From NCBI GenBank assembly GCA_964510055.1, contig CAZDZY010000002.1, positions 859-64,858 on the forward strand: 64,000 bases of DNA, in the 5' to 3' direction. A program made the position numbers and the translations under genes. This document shows positions 55,328 to 64,000 of the stretch, in pieces (positions within the stretch are counted from its first letter, which is position 1; each line of letters begins with the position of its first letter). The stretch comes from an uncultured Christensenellaceae bacterium. GTDB lineage: Bacteria; Bacillota; Clostridia; Christensenellales; SZUA-584. The notes under the pieces are model-generated. The model saw nothing but the letters and a program-made list of their open reading frames with translations, did no database searches and was not told the origin of the DNA.

Positions 55328-55360
55328 GGGGCGGAAGAAATTCCTTCCGCCCCGTTTTTT
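55328..55360 (+). terminator. Rho-independent terminator
   Basis: GGGGCGGAAG-AAATTC-CTTCCGCCCC followed by GTTTTTT. Confidence 0.85.
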
Positions 55361-55391
55361 GTATCAAAATGCTTATTAATATTTCGAAGGC

Positions 55392-55730
55392 TCAGCTTTC
55401 TTCCGGCACTGTCGCTTCACCGTTCTTTATCTCCACAAAGTCCCACGCCTTTCGTGCTGTTTCATCCGGTTCTTCGATAAAACAAACAGGCCATAAGTCA
55501 TTTCTTTTTAACGTCTCTTTTGACTTCTCAAAAGTCACATCGTCGGGCAGTATATCGTTCGGGTATAATGCATTATTAGCATTGATAGCGCTTGCAAGCT
55601 GGCCTGCGTTCGAAATAATAATCTGTCGGTCCGCAGCCTCGTTCACCGCCTTTATTTCTTCAAGTGTCCGGCATCCCGGCAGGCATATTATTAATATAAA
55701 AGCAGTGATAATAATCAAAGATTTTTTCAT
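55392..55730 (-). CDS. Lipoprotein with a single 'NAYN...LWP...AW' domain
   Basis: Start after GGAGG. Lipobox ICLPGC. LASAINANNALYPNDILPDDVTFEKSKETLKRNDLWP...ARKAWDFVEIKNGEA. Confidence 0.6.
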   Translation of the reverse strand: MKKSLIIITAFILIICLPGCRTLEEIKAVNEAADRQIIISNAGQLASAINANNALYPNDILPDDVTFEKSKETLKRNDLWPVCFIEEPDETARKAWDFVEIKNGEATVPEES

Positions 55731-55765
55731 ATATACCTCCAAAACAATATCAGCGGCCTTATAAC

Positions 55766-56104
55766 CTATCCCGCTAACTTATCCCATTCCTTTTGCGCTT
55801 CACGGGTCAGGCTCGCCTTCCCGTTGCTTATGACTATCCATTTACTCGCCTTTTCCGCTTCCTCATATGATATGCCTCTCGGCCATAATTCACCGAGAAC
55901 TTCTTTCGCGTCGGCCAGCGTTACATTATCGGAAAGCGCGCTGCCGGGGTACAAGACGTTATACGCGTTTATCGCATTCACTATATTGTCCGCGTTCATA
56001 ATTTCGACCATGGTCTGACTGTCCTGCTCCGTCGAACCGCCGCCGCATCCCGGGACTCCGACAAGCAGGGCGGCTGCGATCATAATTATAAAAGCTTTTC
56101 TCAT
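55766..56104 (-). CDS. Lipoprotein with a single 'NAYN...LWP' domain
   Basis: Start after GAGGAGG. Lipobox VGVPGC. IVNAINAYNVLYPGSALSDNVTLADAKEVLGELWPRGISYEEAEKASKWIVISNGKA. Confidence 0.6.
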   Translation of the reverse strand: MRKAFIIMIAAALLVGVPGCGGGSTEQDSQTMVEIMNADNIVNAINAYNVLYPGSALSDNVTLADAKEVLGELWPRGISYEEAEKASKWIVISNGKASLTREAQKEWDKLAG

Positions 56105-56352
56105 AACGGCCTCCTCAATATCGATGACCATATACTACCATATTGCGTAAATGAATACAATACTCGCGTTTGCGAGGATACACATAGCCTGTATTCCACC
56201 CGTTCAGATCACGATGAAAATATGCCCGTATTATATCTGCTTATCCTTATAATTAAGGCCCGCTTCATTGCCGCTTTTTATACTTTATGTTAATATGGAT
56301 CGAATACTCCGCGTTTATATTGGGCATAGCCGGGCTTATGAGGTAAAAATAA

Positions 56353-56784
56353 ATGAAATCTACGATCGCGTTTTTGGGCTTTACGGGAAGCATACTCGTA
56401 TTCATCTACGCTATGGCTCTCGTGTTTTTCAGGCAGGAGATGCTGCCGGCAGCGGGCGGCGGGGCAAAATTCGACCCGGATTCGTTTATACTGCTTATCT
56501 CGGGAATAACCGGCCTTTTCGGGAGCCTTACCGGCGCGGCGGGAAGCGCGCTGGCGTTTAAAGATTTCGAGCTTTCCGGCATAATGCTGCTGGGCGCCGC
56601 CGTTGCGGGCGCCGTAATGTTTTCGGGGCTATCGGCTCTTTTCACGCTTGTCACTATCAATTGGCCCAGCAGATACGCTACTATCGCCACGGGAATAATC
56701 GCGTTCATACTGCTGATCATCTCCGGCGTTATCTCGCTCGCTAATCGGAAAACGGAGGAGATACACGGAAACGAAGACTGCTGA
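56353..56784 (+). CDS. Hypothetical membrane protein
   Basis: 143 aa, four TMs, GAGGT RBS. Confidence 0.5.
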   Translation: MKSTIAFLGFTGSILVFIYAMALVFFRQEMLPAAGGGAKFDPDSFILLISGITGLFGSLTGAAGSALAFKDFELSGIMLLGAAVAGAVMFSGLSALFTLVTINWPSRYATIATGIIAFILLIISGVISLANRKTEEIHGNEDC

Positions 56785-56843
56785 CCGGTTATTGAAGCTG
56801 TTCTGCCGGATCGCGCTATTAAATCACTAAAGGCAGGTGCTTT

Positions 56844-57119
56844 ATGTTATGTGTGTGCGGAGCCGACTGCGAAGCCTGCCCTTCGCTCGGCAGTAAATGC
56901 GCGGGCTGCGAAGCCATACAAGGCAAAGTCTATTGGGCAGCATATGTCGGCAAAGACGTCTGCCCTTATTATTTGTGCGTCCGCGGTAAGGGTATGAAGC
57001 ATTGCGGCGAGTGCGCTGATATTCCCTGTGAACTTTGGTACTCTCTGAAAGATCCCGCCAATACGGACGAGGAGCACGAAGCGTCGATAAAAGAGCGGGT
57101 AAAGCTGCTGAAACAATAA
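56844..57119 (+). CDS. DUF3795-like Cys-rich protein
   Basis: 91 aa. CGADCEACPSLGSKCAGC...CGECADIPC. Second member of this type in the window. Confidence 0.6.
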   Translation: MLCVCGADCEACPSLGSKCAGCEAIQGKVYWAAYVGKDVCPYYLCVRGKGMKHCGECADIPCELWYSLKDPANTDEEHEASIKERVKLLKQ

Positions 57120-57152
57120 ATACAGGCGGCCATCGGCCGCCCTCCCGATATC

Positions 57153-57641
57153 CTATTTCTCCTCCCCTTTCGGGTCGTTCTTTTTCTTCCCGGTGAAATC
57201 CGTCGAGACTACTTTGAATATGCGGACGGTACCGGCCTGCTTATCAGTAAACTCGTAATCCCCGCCTGTATGGTGCTTCATAAGCAGCGCGAGCGCGCCG
57301 CGCTTTTCCGCCGCATCCTCGACAAATTCGGCATGCCCGAATCCGATAACGCTTTGAAAGTAATAACCCGAATCGCATGGGTCTTCGAATAAGCCCAGTC
57401 TACCCTCGCACGCCATCTCGAAGCATACCTCGTTATTTTTCTTAAGTATTTCTATTTTCCGCCCTTCCTTCGCGCTGTGAAAGAATAGCTTAAGCGTATT
57501 GCCATCCAGCATATATCCGAAACTGAGGGGCACAACGTACGGCTTTCCCTCATCGGCCATTGCCAGATGGCATACTTTGCATTTATCGATGATGCCCTTT
57601 ATCTCGTTTATATCGGTTACTTCCCGGTCTTTTCTTCTCAT
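57153..57641 (-). CDS. Pyridoxamine 5'-phosphate oxidase family (NimA-like) flavoprotein
   Basis: MRRKDREVTDINEIKGIIDKCKVCHLAM...PYVVPLSFGY. Confidence 0.7.
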   Translation of the reverse strand: MRRKDREVTDINEIKGIIDKCKVCHLAMADEGKPYVVPLSFGYMLDGNTLKLFFHSAKEGRKIEILKKNNEVCFEMACEGRLGLFEDPCDSGYYFQSVIGFGHAEFVEDAAEKRGALALLMKHHTGGDYEFTDKQAGTVRIFKVVSTDFTGKKKNDPKGEEK

Positions 57642-57738
57642 GCTGCCGCCTCGCTTAATATTTTTTACCCTGTAATTGTATTGTTCCGCCGGCAAGCCGT
57701 CAATAAAAAACAGAGCCTTTTACAGCTCTGCCGATATG

Positions 57739-57957
57739 TCATCTTACCTTTTTAAGCAGGTTCTCGTACGTCTCTTCGTCTATCTCGCCTCTGGCGAGCC
57801 TTTCTTTGAGTATCTGCTCCGCGCTCGACGGGCGGTAGTCCCTTACGCGGTTATTGCTTCTCGTTACCAGTACGACTACTATAATTATAACTGCGACCGT
57901 ACCTAAGAAACCAAGGCCTCCGATCCACGCAAACGGGAACCAGTGCATATTAAACAT
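57739..57957 (-). CDS. SHOCT domain membrane protein
   Basis: 72 aa. N-terminal TM followed by AEQILKERLARGEIDEETYENLLKKV. Confidence 0.65.
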   Translation of the reverse strand: MFNMHWFPFAWIGGLGFLGTVAVIIIVVVLVTRSNNRVRDYRPSSAEQILKERLARGEIDEETYENLLKKVR

Positions 57958-58094
57958 GATCAGCGCCTCCTTCCGATTTTTGCCTTATTATAACATATAA
58001 ATATGTACGTTCTATGAATTATTATCACAAACCAGTGAATATTGCAGACGATTCCGCTGCCTCACATACCGCCAATTCCCGCCAAGCCGCACTG

Positions 58095-58973
58095 CTAGTT
58101 GAAGAAACTTCCGTCATTCATCCGCACATACCACCAATGCTCATCCAACCGAATTATCGTGTCGGCGTGTGAGAATTCCGGCGGCGATGTATCCACGATA
58201 TCTTCATGCCATAATAACTTTGAATGCCCGAAGATCGTATACATATCTATTTTGATAAATGTCCCAGGACCATAAAACATAATATCTGATACATACTCCC
58301 ACTTCAGGGAACCGCATATCTCCCGGATCCTTCGCCTGTCCTGATCGCTGATATCCTTTCCGCTTTCTGTTTCGCCGCTTACGTCGGCACCCCTGCACAA
58401 GACATGAACACCTACAAAATCATATTTTTGCGTTATCTGCCACGCTTCCTCTATCTCTTTGCTGTGCCAGCCGGGAACTCGGGTATAAGAGAGCCCGATC
58501 CAAAGAAAGCAGTACAGCAAAACCGCCGCTATTATTCCCGCGAATAATCCCAAGAAAGCGAGGCGGCTCTTCCTCGCGGCTTTCCGGTTTTCTTCGGCCC
58601 CAAGAAATTTCCCGTTTCTATCGCAGCGGCTGCTCGCCTCCTCATTAGGGTGCAGTTCGTCGTTCTCCCACATTACGCGGAACCTGCCGAACCTGTAGAC
58701 AAACTTGCGCGTGTAAAAAAATTCAGCGATAATAATAATTACAAGACAAATCATCGGTACTTCAAAAAAACGAATATACCTGCACCAAAAAGGATTTAAA
58801 TAACCGATTATACCGGCAGGAATAATAATAAGCAACCATCCGATTATCATAAGCGGCCTGTCGGCAAACTCATAACTTCTCTCCCTGCTTATTACCGGGT
58901 CGTTCCAGAAATACTTATACCCCTTTTGCTTTTTACAATCCGCATACAGCGGCTTGTTTAAGTCTTCTTTCAT
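58095..58973 (-). CDS. Hypothetical membrane protein
   Basis: Start at MKEDLNK after AAGGAGAGG. Three TMs and a C-terminal soluble domain. Confidence 0.45.
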   Translation of the reverse strand: MKEDLNKPLYADCKKQKGYKYFWNDPVISRERSYEFADRPLMIIGWLLIIIPAGIIGYLNPFWCRYIRFFEVPMICLVIIIIAEFFYTRKFVYRFGRFRVMWENDELHPNEEASSRCDRNGKFLGAEENRKAARKSRLAFLGLFAGIIAAVLLYCFLWIGLSYTRVPGWHSKEIEEAWQITQKYDFVGVHVLCRGADVSGETESGKDISDQDRRRIREICGSLKWEYVSDIMFYGPGTFIKIDMYTIFGHSKLLWHEDIVDTSPPEFSHADTIIRLDEHWWYVRMNDGSFFN

Positions 58974-59130
58974 ACGGCCTCTCCTTACCTCATTCTTTAG
59001 TTTCCCGAGCCGGTATGCTCTATCCATTATACAACATATTTACCATAATAACAGCGATATGAATATGTAGAATGTATCTCTTTTTGAAGCAATGAAGTAA
59101 CAAAATGAAGCAGGAGCGATGCATGTTTTT

Positions 59131-59685
59131 TTACAGCAGCAGAAGCGAGGCAAACGCCCCCGCGGCGGATGAGCCTATAACGTCGGCGATGAGGTCGAAA
59201 TCCGTGTCTTCGAGCCCTTTTTGCAGCCGCAATTCTTTTTTCTTCCTCGAGTCGAGTACGAACTCTATTATCTCGACGAATACCCCCAGCGTAACGCCGA
59301 GCGCCAATATTACTATTGCCGCGAATAGTTTTGGTATGGCTTCGCTGAACAGGGATGTCAGTGTAAAATACGCTGCCTGTGAAAAGGCAAAGGAACCGAG
59401 CGCGTGGCCGAAACGGTCGAACGTCTTCGATCTTCCGTAAAGCCGCAGGAAAAATCCGAGGAAAGTGTGGGAGAAGACCGAGAGTATAGTGAATATCATG
59501 ACTGCCGCGGGGATCCTAAGGTGAAGGAAATGCGCGGAAATAAAGAACGCCGCGTACAACAGTAACGGTGTAATAACGGCTTTCATAAGCGCCCGCTCCC
59601 GCATTTTAAAGAACCTGAATAATATATATCCTTCCGAGGCAATCAGTACGATAAACACCGTCCATACCAATACAGGCATCAGCAT
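59131..59685 (-). CDS. Hypothetical polytopic membrane protein (possibly DUF2238/YjdF-like)
   Basis: 184 aa, 5-6 TMs. FDRFGHALG and EIIEFVLD are weakly YjdF-like. Confidence 0.4.
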   Translation of the reverse strand: MLMPVLVWTVFIVLIASEGYILFRFFKMRERALMKAVITPLLLYAAFFISAHFLHLRIPAAVMIFTILSVFSHTFLGFFLRLYGRSKTFDRFGHALGSFAFSQAAYFTLTSLFSEAIPKLFAAIVILALGVTLGVFVEIIEFVLDSRKKKELRLQKGLEDTDFDLIADVIGSSAAGAFASLLLL

Positions 59686-59866
59686 ACGCTCTTTTCACAA
59701 TTATTTAAGTCTATTATGCTCTTTTACAGCAGGGGATATGTTGCGCTGTCAGCATTAACGGACTTTATACCATTCATATTTAGATAGCTTTTGAGAATAC
59801 GATATAACACCCAAAAACCATACCTTTTTTGAGCTGTTGGGAGGGACCCGTACCAAAAGAAAACAG

Positions 59867-59907
59867 CCTGGGCGCTAAATTGCGTTGTCAGCAATTTAGC
59901 GCCCAGG
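59867..59907 (-). terminator. Terminator with perfect 17-bp stem
   Basis: CCTGGGCGCTAAATTGC-GTTGTCA-GCAATTTAGCGCCCAGG. It is T-rich on the minus strand after the stem. Confidence 0.75.
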
Positions 59908-59917
59908 CGTACGGCGC

Positions 59918-60145
59918 TTAAGGTTGCTCTTTCAAAGCTGTTATTCTGATAATTCCCTGACGTGGTACCAGATGATGTTGATTCGCCGAGAACAAATGCA
60001 GATCATGTCCCATTATGAATGTGTGTGTGGATATTTCGTCTCCTGATAAGACTATTTCATCCGTGAAAGTCTTATATTCTATTCTTTCAATATTACTGTA
60101 AATTTTGCTGCTTCCGCCGGAGTAGATAATCTGCAATGTATACAT
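59918..60145 (-). CDS. Small ORFan protein, paralogue 1 of 3
   Basis: 75 aa starting MYTLQIIYSGGS.... Own TTGATA/TATAAT-type promoter, GAAGG RBS and own terminator. Confidence 0.6.
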   Translation of the reverse strand: MYTLQIIYSGGSSKIYSNIERIEYKTFTDEIVLSGDEISTHTFIMGHDLHLFSANQHHLVPRQGIIRITALKEQP

Positions 60146-60426
60146 TTATAACCTTCTTTCTTAAGTATTTGCTATTATTATACTACATATATTTTCCACC
60201 TATCAACAATAATATAAAAATGAACGTGTCTGTTTTTCGATTTAAATTCTTTACCGCTCCGAAAACTATCCGTATTGCTGCGCCGTTCACTCTGTGCTCC
60301 GCTGTTTTAAACCAGGCCTGCCTGCGGCCCTTACATTTCAGATAAATAAGATCTTCCCTAATAAAAAAAAGCCCCGGTAAAGATATAATAATACCCGGGG
60401 CGAAGAATTTCTTTTCTTTTTTCTTC

Positions 60427-60642
60427 TTAAAAAACTTCTATTCCGACTACACCTTGATGAGAAACTAAATAATTGCTGTTTTTGGAGAATAAGTGCAAAT
60501 CATGGTCCGGTGTAAACTTGTGCGTTGAAATTTCATCTCCTGATACCGTTATATCATCCATGTAGGTCTGATACTCCACTTTTTCTATGTCATTGTAAGT
60601 TCTGAATTGACCGCCGGAATAATTGATCCGCAGTGTGTACAT
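60427..60642 (-). CDS. Small ORFan protein, paralogue 2 of 3
   Basis: 71 aa from the ATG at 60642 (AAAGGAG 7 nt upstream), starting MYTLRINYSGGQ.... Own terminator hairpin at ~60371-60400. Confidence 0.6.
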   Translation of the reverse strand: MYTLRINYSGGQFRTYNDIEKVEYQTYMDDITVSGDEISTHKFTPDHDLHLFSKNSNYLVSHQGVVGIEVF

Positions 60643-60846
60643 CGCCACGCTCCTTTCCTGTTTATTTCCCTGTTATACTAATTTTAACTACTTTATATAC
60701 TAATTTTAACTGCATTATTTATCGTATTCAAGATTTATTATACTAAAATAATAAATTATTTTATTTATGTTCGGAAAATTAAAAACACCTCTTAAAACCT
60801 CTTCGCAGCCAAAAAGATACCACCTCTTTACGGAGGTGGTATCTTC

Positions 60847-61074
60847 TCAATATCCCTCTTTTGATACTAATATCCCTACTATCCCCTGTCGGGGCACTAA
60901 TATTTTTTGGTTTCTGGAGAACAGGTTTATATCATGCCCGAGTGTAAACCTGTGGTTTAACAGCTCGTCGCCCGATACCTTTACTTTTTCCAGAAATGTC
61001 TGATATTCTATCTTGTCGACACCGTTGAATACCTTTTGGCTGCCGCCTGAATAATTGATCTGCAGGGTATACAT
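60847..61074 (-). CDS. Small ORFan protein, paralogue 3 of 3
   Basis: 75 aa starting MYTLQINYSGGS.... Promoter TTGAAT-17-TATAAT, AAGGAGGAAG RBS, and terminator GATACCACCTC-TTTAC-GGAGGTGGTATC. Confidence 0.6.
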   Translation of the reverse strand: MYTLQINYSGGSQKVFNGVDKIEYQTFLEKVKVSGDELLNHRFTLGHDINLFSRNQKILVPRQGIVGILVSKEGY

Positions 61075-61450
61075 TTGCTTCCTCCTTTAAAACACATTGC
61101 CTGTATTATACTAATATCAGTTATAGTATTCAACTATAGACAATTGTATTTTGGTAACTATTTTTGACGAATTATGTCTTTTGACCGTTTTTCTTTTTTA
61201 AAGTTTCCGGTACAAACAATGATATGCGGAAATAAGTTTAGATGCAGCCATTATTTATATCAACTCTGTCCGGAATAAAACATAAGCCCCGCCGCGCAGC
61301 GGAGCCGAAAAAAATTATACGCGTCCATCTTTCCAAATCAAGCGATGGCCGACGGGTGGAAGCTCAGCCGCCGCGGATAAAACATGTATCCTGCAAATAA
61401 CGGCGGCGGCATAGCAACACCGCGCAAAGCGGGCGCCGAATAAAAGGAAG

Positions 61451-61774
61451 TTATACAACTCCCGTGAATATGTCGCACTCCTTCGCGCAGCGCCCGCAAG
61501 TTTCGGCGCAATCCTGCGACATACAATCGCCGAACTTCGCGCATTCGGCGCTACAGCTTTCGCATATATCCTCGCAGAGCGAAGCTATATGCCGCGCATA
61601 GGCGGAGCCTCTCGCCGCGCACTTTGCCGTGAGCGAGCAGATATCCGCGCAGTCGGCAAGCATAGACGCCTGCCTGAACCTCTGCCCGCGGTCCGGCTCT
61701 CTTATTATGTTTATTGCCGCATGCTCGCAGCCCGCCTGGCATTCGCGTAACGTAAACACGAACTGCCTGTTCAT
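61451..61774 (-). CDS. Four-helix-bundle Cys-rich protein (DUF326-like, putative copper-binding)
   Basis: Start at MNRQFVF. Repeated C-x3-C-x2/3-C helices (CADICSLTAKC, CEDICESCSAEC, CAETCGRCAKEC). Confidence 0.6.
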   Translation of the reverse strand: MNRQFVFTLRECQAGCEHAAINIIREPDRGQRFRQASMLADCADICSLTAKCAARGSAYARHIASLCEDICESCSAECAKFGDCMSQDCAETCGRCAKECDIFTGVV

Positions 61775-62064
61775 GTAGTTCCCCGCCACGGGGTATGTAT
61801 GAGTGTATTCCGTCCGGCATCCCGGAGCGCCCGAATAATCGATGCTTAAGTTCACTGACGTCACCCTCTCCCGCCGCAAAAACAGAATAGTTTTTTAGGC
61901 TACATATTGATTTTGCTACATTGTATGCCGCCGTACGATTTTTTGTTTTTCTATTGGACGATGCGGATTTGAAATTACTGCTTATATATGTTACGCTTAT
62001 AATATACATTATCACCCAAAAGCCTTTGGCTTTTGGGGAACTGCGTATTAGCGGGAGGTATGCC

Positions 62065-63120
62065 TTGCAGGATTTTTTTGATCTTATAGTCTGGAACGGC
62101 AACACTGTGCTCGATTACCTTATATTCTCAGGCTCGTTTGCCGCGAGCTTTATAGTGATACTTATATTCAAACGCGTCATATTGAAACGCATCGCCGCGC
62201 GTGCCGAAAAGACGCCCTCACATCTCGACGACATCATAGTGCACGCGCTCCAAAAATACCTTGTGCCGCTGCTGTATATAGGCGCGCTGTACCTTAACAC
62301 CAAATGGCTTGCCCTGAGCGTGGGCGCCGCAAAGGCAGTGAATATTATAGCCCTGGCGTGCGTGATAATACTCGGGGCCTCGGTAATATCTGCGGTGCTC
62401 GTATACTTTTTCAACAGAACGCTCGAAAAAAAGCAGGATAAGACCGACAAATTCGCGCTGCGCTGGATAGGCATAATAATAAAGGCGGTCGTCTGGATAT
62501 GCGCCCTTTTGCTGTTCCTCGATAATATAGGCGTAAAGATAACGGCGCTCATCGCCGGGCTCGGGATAGGCGGCATCGCGGTCGCGTTCGCTGCGCAGGC
62601 GATACTCGAGGACGTGTTCAGCTTTATAACTATCTTTTTTGACCGTCCTTTTGAAATAGACGACTTCATAATCGTAGACGATTTTATGGGCACCGTCGAG
62701 CAGGTCGGCATAAAAACGACCCGTTTGCGCAGCATAAACGGGGAGCAGCTCATCTTCTCGAACAAGGACCTTACCAATTCGCGCGTGCGCAACTACAAGC
62801 GCATGGAGAACCGCCGCGTCGTATTCTCGCTGGGAGTAACATATTCAACGCCGCTCAAAGAGATCCCGCTGCTCATAAAAAACATAGTCGAAAGCGTCGG
62901 GAACACAACGTTCGACCGCGCTCACTTCAAGGAGTTCGGCGAATCGAGCCTCAAGTTTGAAGCGTCCTACTATGTGCTGAGCCAGGATTTCAACCTGTAT
63001 ATGGACGTGCAACAGTCCATAAACTTCGCGATAAAAGAGGAATTCGAAAAGCGCGGCATAGAGTTCGCGTTCCCTGCGAGAACGCTTTACATGCAAAATG
63101 AAAATAAAAGCAGGAAATGA
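62065..63120 (+). CDS. Mechanosensitive ion channel (MscS family)
   Basis: TTG start 6 nt after GGGAGG (the track ORF starts at 61921). TM region followed by FDRPFEIDDFIIVDDFMGTVEQVGIKTTRLRSINGEQLIFSNKDL. Confidence 0.8.
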   Translation: MQDFFDLIVWNGNTVLDYLIFSGSFAASFIVILIFKRVILKRIAARAEKTPSHLDDIIVHALQKYLVPLLYIGALYLNTKWLALSVGAAKAVNIIALACVIILGASVISAVLVYFFNRTLEKKQDKTDKFALRWIGIIIKAVVWICALLLFLDNIGVKITALIAGLGIGGIAVAFAAQAILEDVFSFITIFFDRPFEIDDFIIVDDFMGTVEQVGIKTTRLRSINGEQLIFSNKDLTNSRVRNYKRMENRRVVFSLGVTYSTPLKEIPLLIKNIVESVGNTTFDRAHFKEFGESSLKFEASYYVLSQDFNLYMDVQQSINFAIKEEFEKRGIEFAFPARTLYMQNENKSRK

Positions 63121-63155
63121 ACAGGTCTAATACATATAAACGGAGGTAAACAAAC

Positions 63156-64000
63156 ATGCCGGTTCGCTGGGGCTTTATAGGTTCGGGGAGGATAATCCCG
63201 CGGTTTATGGAAGGCTTTGCTCAGGTGGAAGACGCGGTATGCGCAGCCATTTACGCAAGGAACAAAGTTAAAGCGCAGACGCTTGCGGACAGCTACGGCA
63301 TTGCGCAGGTCTACGACGATATAGACGAATTCGTCGCCAAAGCGGATATCGACGTAGCTTATGTCGCGGTGACCCACCCTTATCACATGGAGTTCACGCT
63401 GAAATGTTTGAACGCTAAGATCCCTACGTTGTGCGAAAAGCCGATGGCGCCCAACAGGGAGCAGGTATTGCGCATGATAGAATGCGCGAAGAAAAACGAT
63501 ACTTTCCTCGCCGAAGGCTTCTGGACGCGCATGTTCCCGGTAACGCTGCAGGTAAAGAAGTGGGTCGGCGAAGGGAAAATAGGAAAGGTAACCGCCATGA
63601 ACGGCATATTCTCGTTCAAAGGCGCCGATACGGACGGCGACAGGCTGTATGAACCTTCCGAAGCGGGCGGAACGCTGCTCGACATCGGGGTATACCTTAT
63701 TCAGGCCGCTTACCTGATATTCGAAAGGCCCCCGAAAGAGATAGTATCGCTTTCTGCTTTGGGCAGGCATAATACCGATGAGTCCGCGGGCTACGTGTTC
63801 AAGTACGATAACGGCGAGATAGCGACCCTGCTGACAAGTTTCCGTTCTAACGGCAGGAACGTTCTGTCGATATACGGCACCGAAGGGATGATAGAGGTAT
63901 ACGACGATTTTTTCAGGCCGCGCAACGCGCGGCTCACATGCAGCGGCGGCATTATCGAGTTCAAATGCCCCGAAGGGACTCTTCCTTACCCCATGTACGG
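63156..64000 (+). CDS. Gfo/Idh/MocA family oxidoreductase; 3' end outside window
   Basis: Absent from the ORF track because there is no stop in the window. GGAGG RBS. My translation reads MPVRWGFIGSGRIIPRFMEGF...VAVTHPYHMEFTLKCLNAKIPTLCEKPMAPN..., showing the Rossmann and EKP motifs. Confidence 0.8.
   Translation, partial: MPVRWGFIGSGRIIPRFMEGFAQVEDAVCAAIYARNKVKAQTLADSYGIAQVYDDIDEFVAKADIDVAYVAVTHPYHMEFTLKCLNAKIPTLCEKPMAPNREQVLRMIECAKKNDTFLAEGFWTRMFPVTLQVKKWVGEGKIGKVTAMNGIFSFKGADTDGDRLYEPSEAGGTLLDIGVYLIQAAYLIFERPPKEIVSLSALGRHNTDESAGYVFKYDNGEIATLLTSFRSNGRNVLSIYGTEGMIEVYDDFFRPRNARLTCSGGIIEFKCPEGTLPYPMY

Noticed and set aside
63087-63770. 227-aa minus-strand ORF
   Set aside because: It is antisense to the Gfo/Idh/MocA gene, which has a GGAGG RBS and clear Rossmann/EKP motifs. 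Shadow ORF.

Overview
This 64 kb window looks like a chromosomal segment of a Bacillota (Clostridia-like) anaerobe. That taxonomic guess is an inference from gene content (SigI/RsgI, PadR-HAAS, InlB-type B-repeats, DUF2207, many flavoproteins). It is densely coding on both strands. I found no rRNA, tRNA, CRISPR array, transposase or integrase.

Recognisable core genes:
- A Na+-translocating decarboxylase operon (alpha, gamma, BCCP and a beta subunit cut by the window edge).
- DAHP synthase, a P5C-reductase-like gene, a MATE exporter, an MscS channel, a PrsA-like PPIase, an L,D-transpeptidase, and a Gfo/Idh/MocA oxidoreductase (cut at the 3' edge).

Accessory content worth attention:
1. A two-gene family 2A encapsulin shell plus cysteine-desulfurase cargo operon (29032-31435).
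2. Two tandem paralogous ~900-aa secreted proteins built from Cys/His-rich modules (11367-17267).
3. Directly after them, a PadR / HAAS-like / 10x 2TM-repeat membrane operon.
4. A Thg1-like 3'-5' polymerase translationally coupled to a PNK-type kinase.
5. A SigI/RsgI pair next to a lipoprotein that shares the RsgI sensor module. Both the RsgI and the lipoprotein end in long poly-acidic tails.
6. An orphan ThsB-like TIR-like protein and a NYN-LOTUS protein.
7. A lipoprotein repeat family (six domain copies in three genes).
8. Three tandem, individually promoted ~75-aa ORFan paralogues.
9. Several unexplained non-coding structures: an orphan consensus promoter with an attenuator-like hairpin, and a triple-hairpin cluster with a 17-bp perfect stem beside a duplicated TetR-type operator.

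All functional calls rest on motif recognition from memory. No database search was run.
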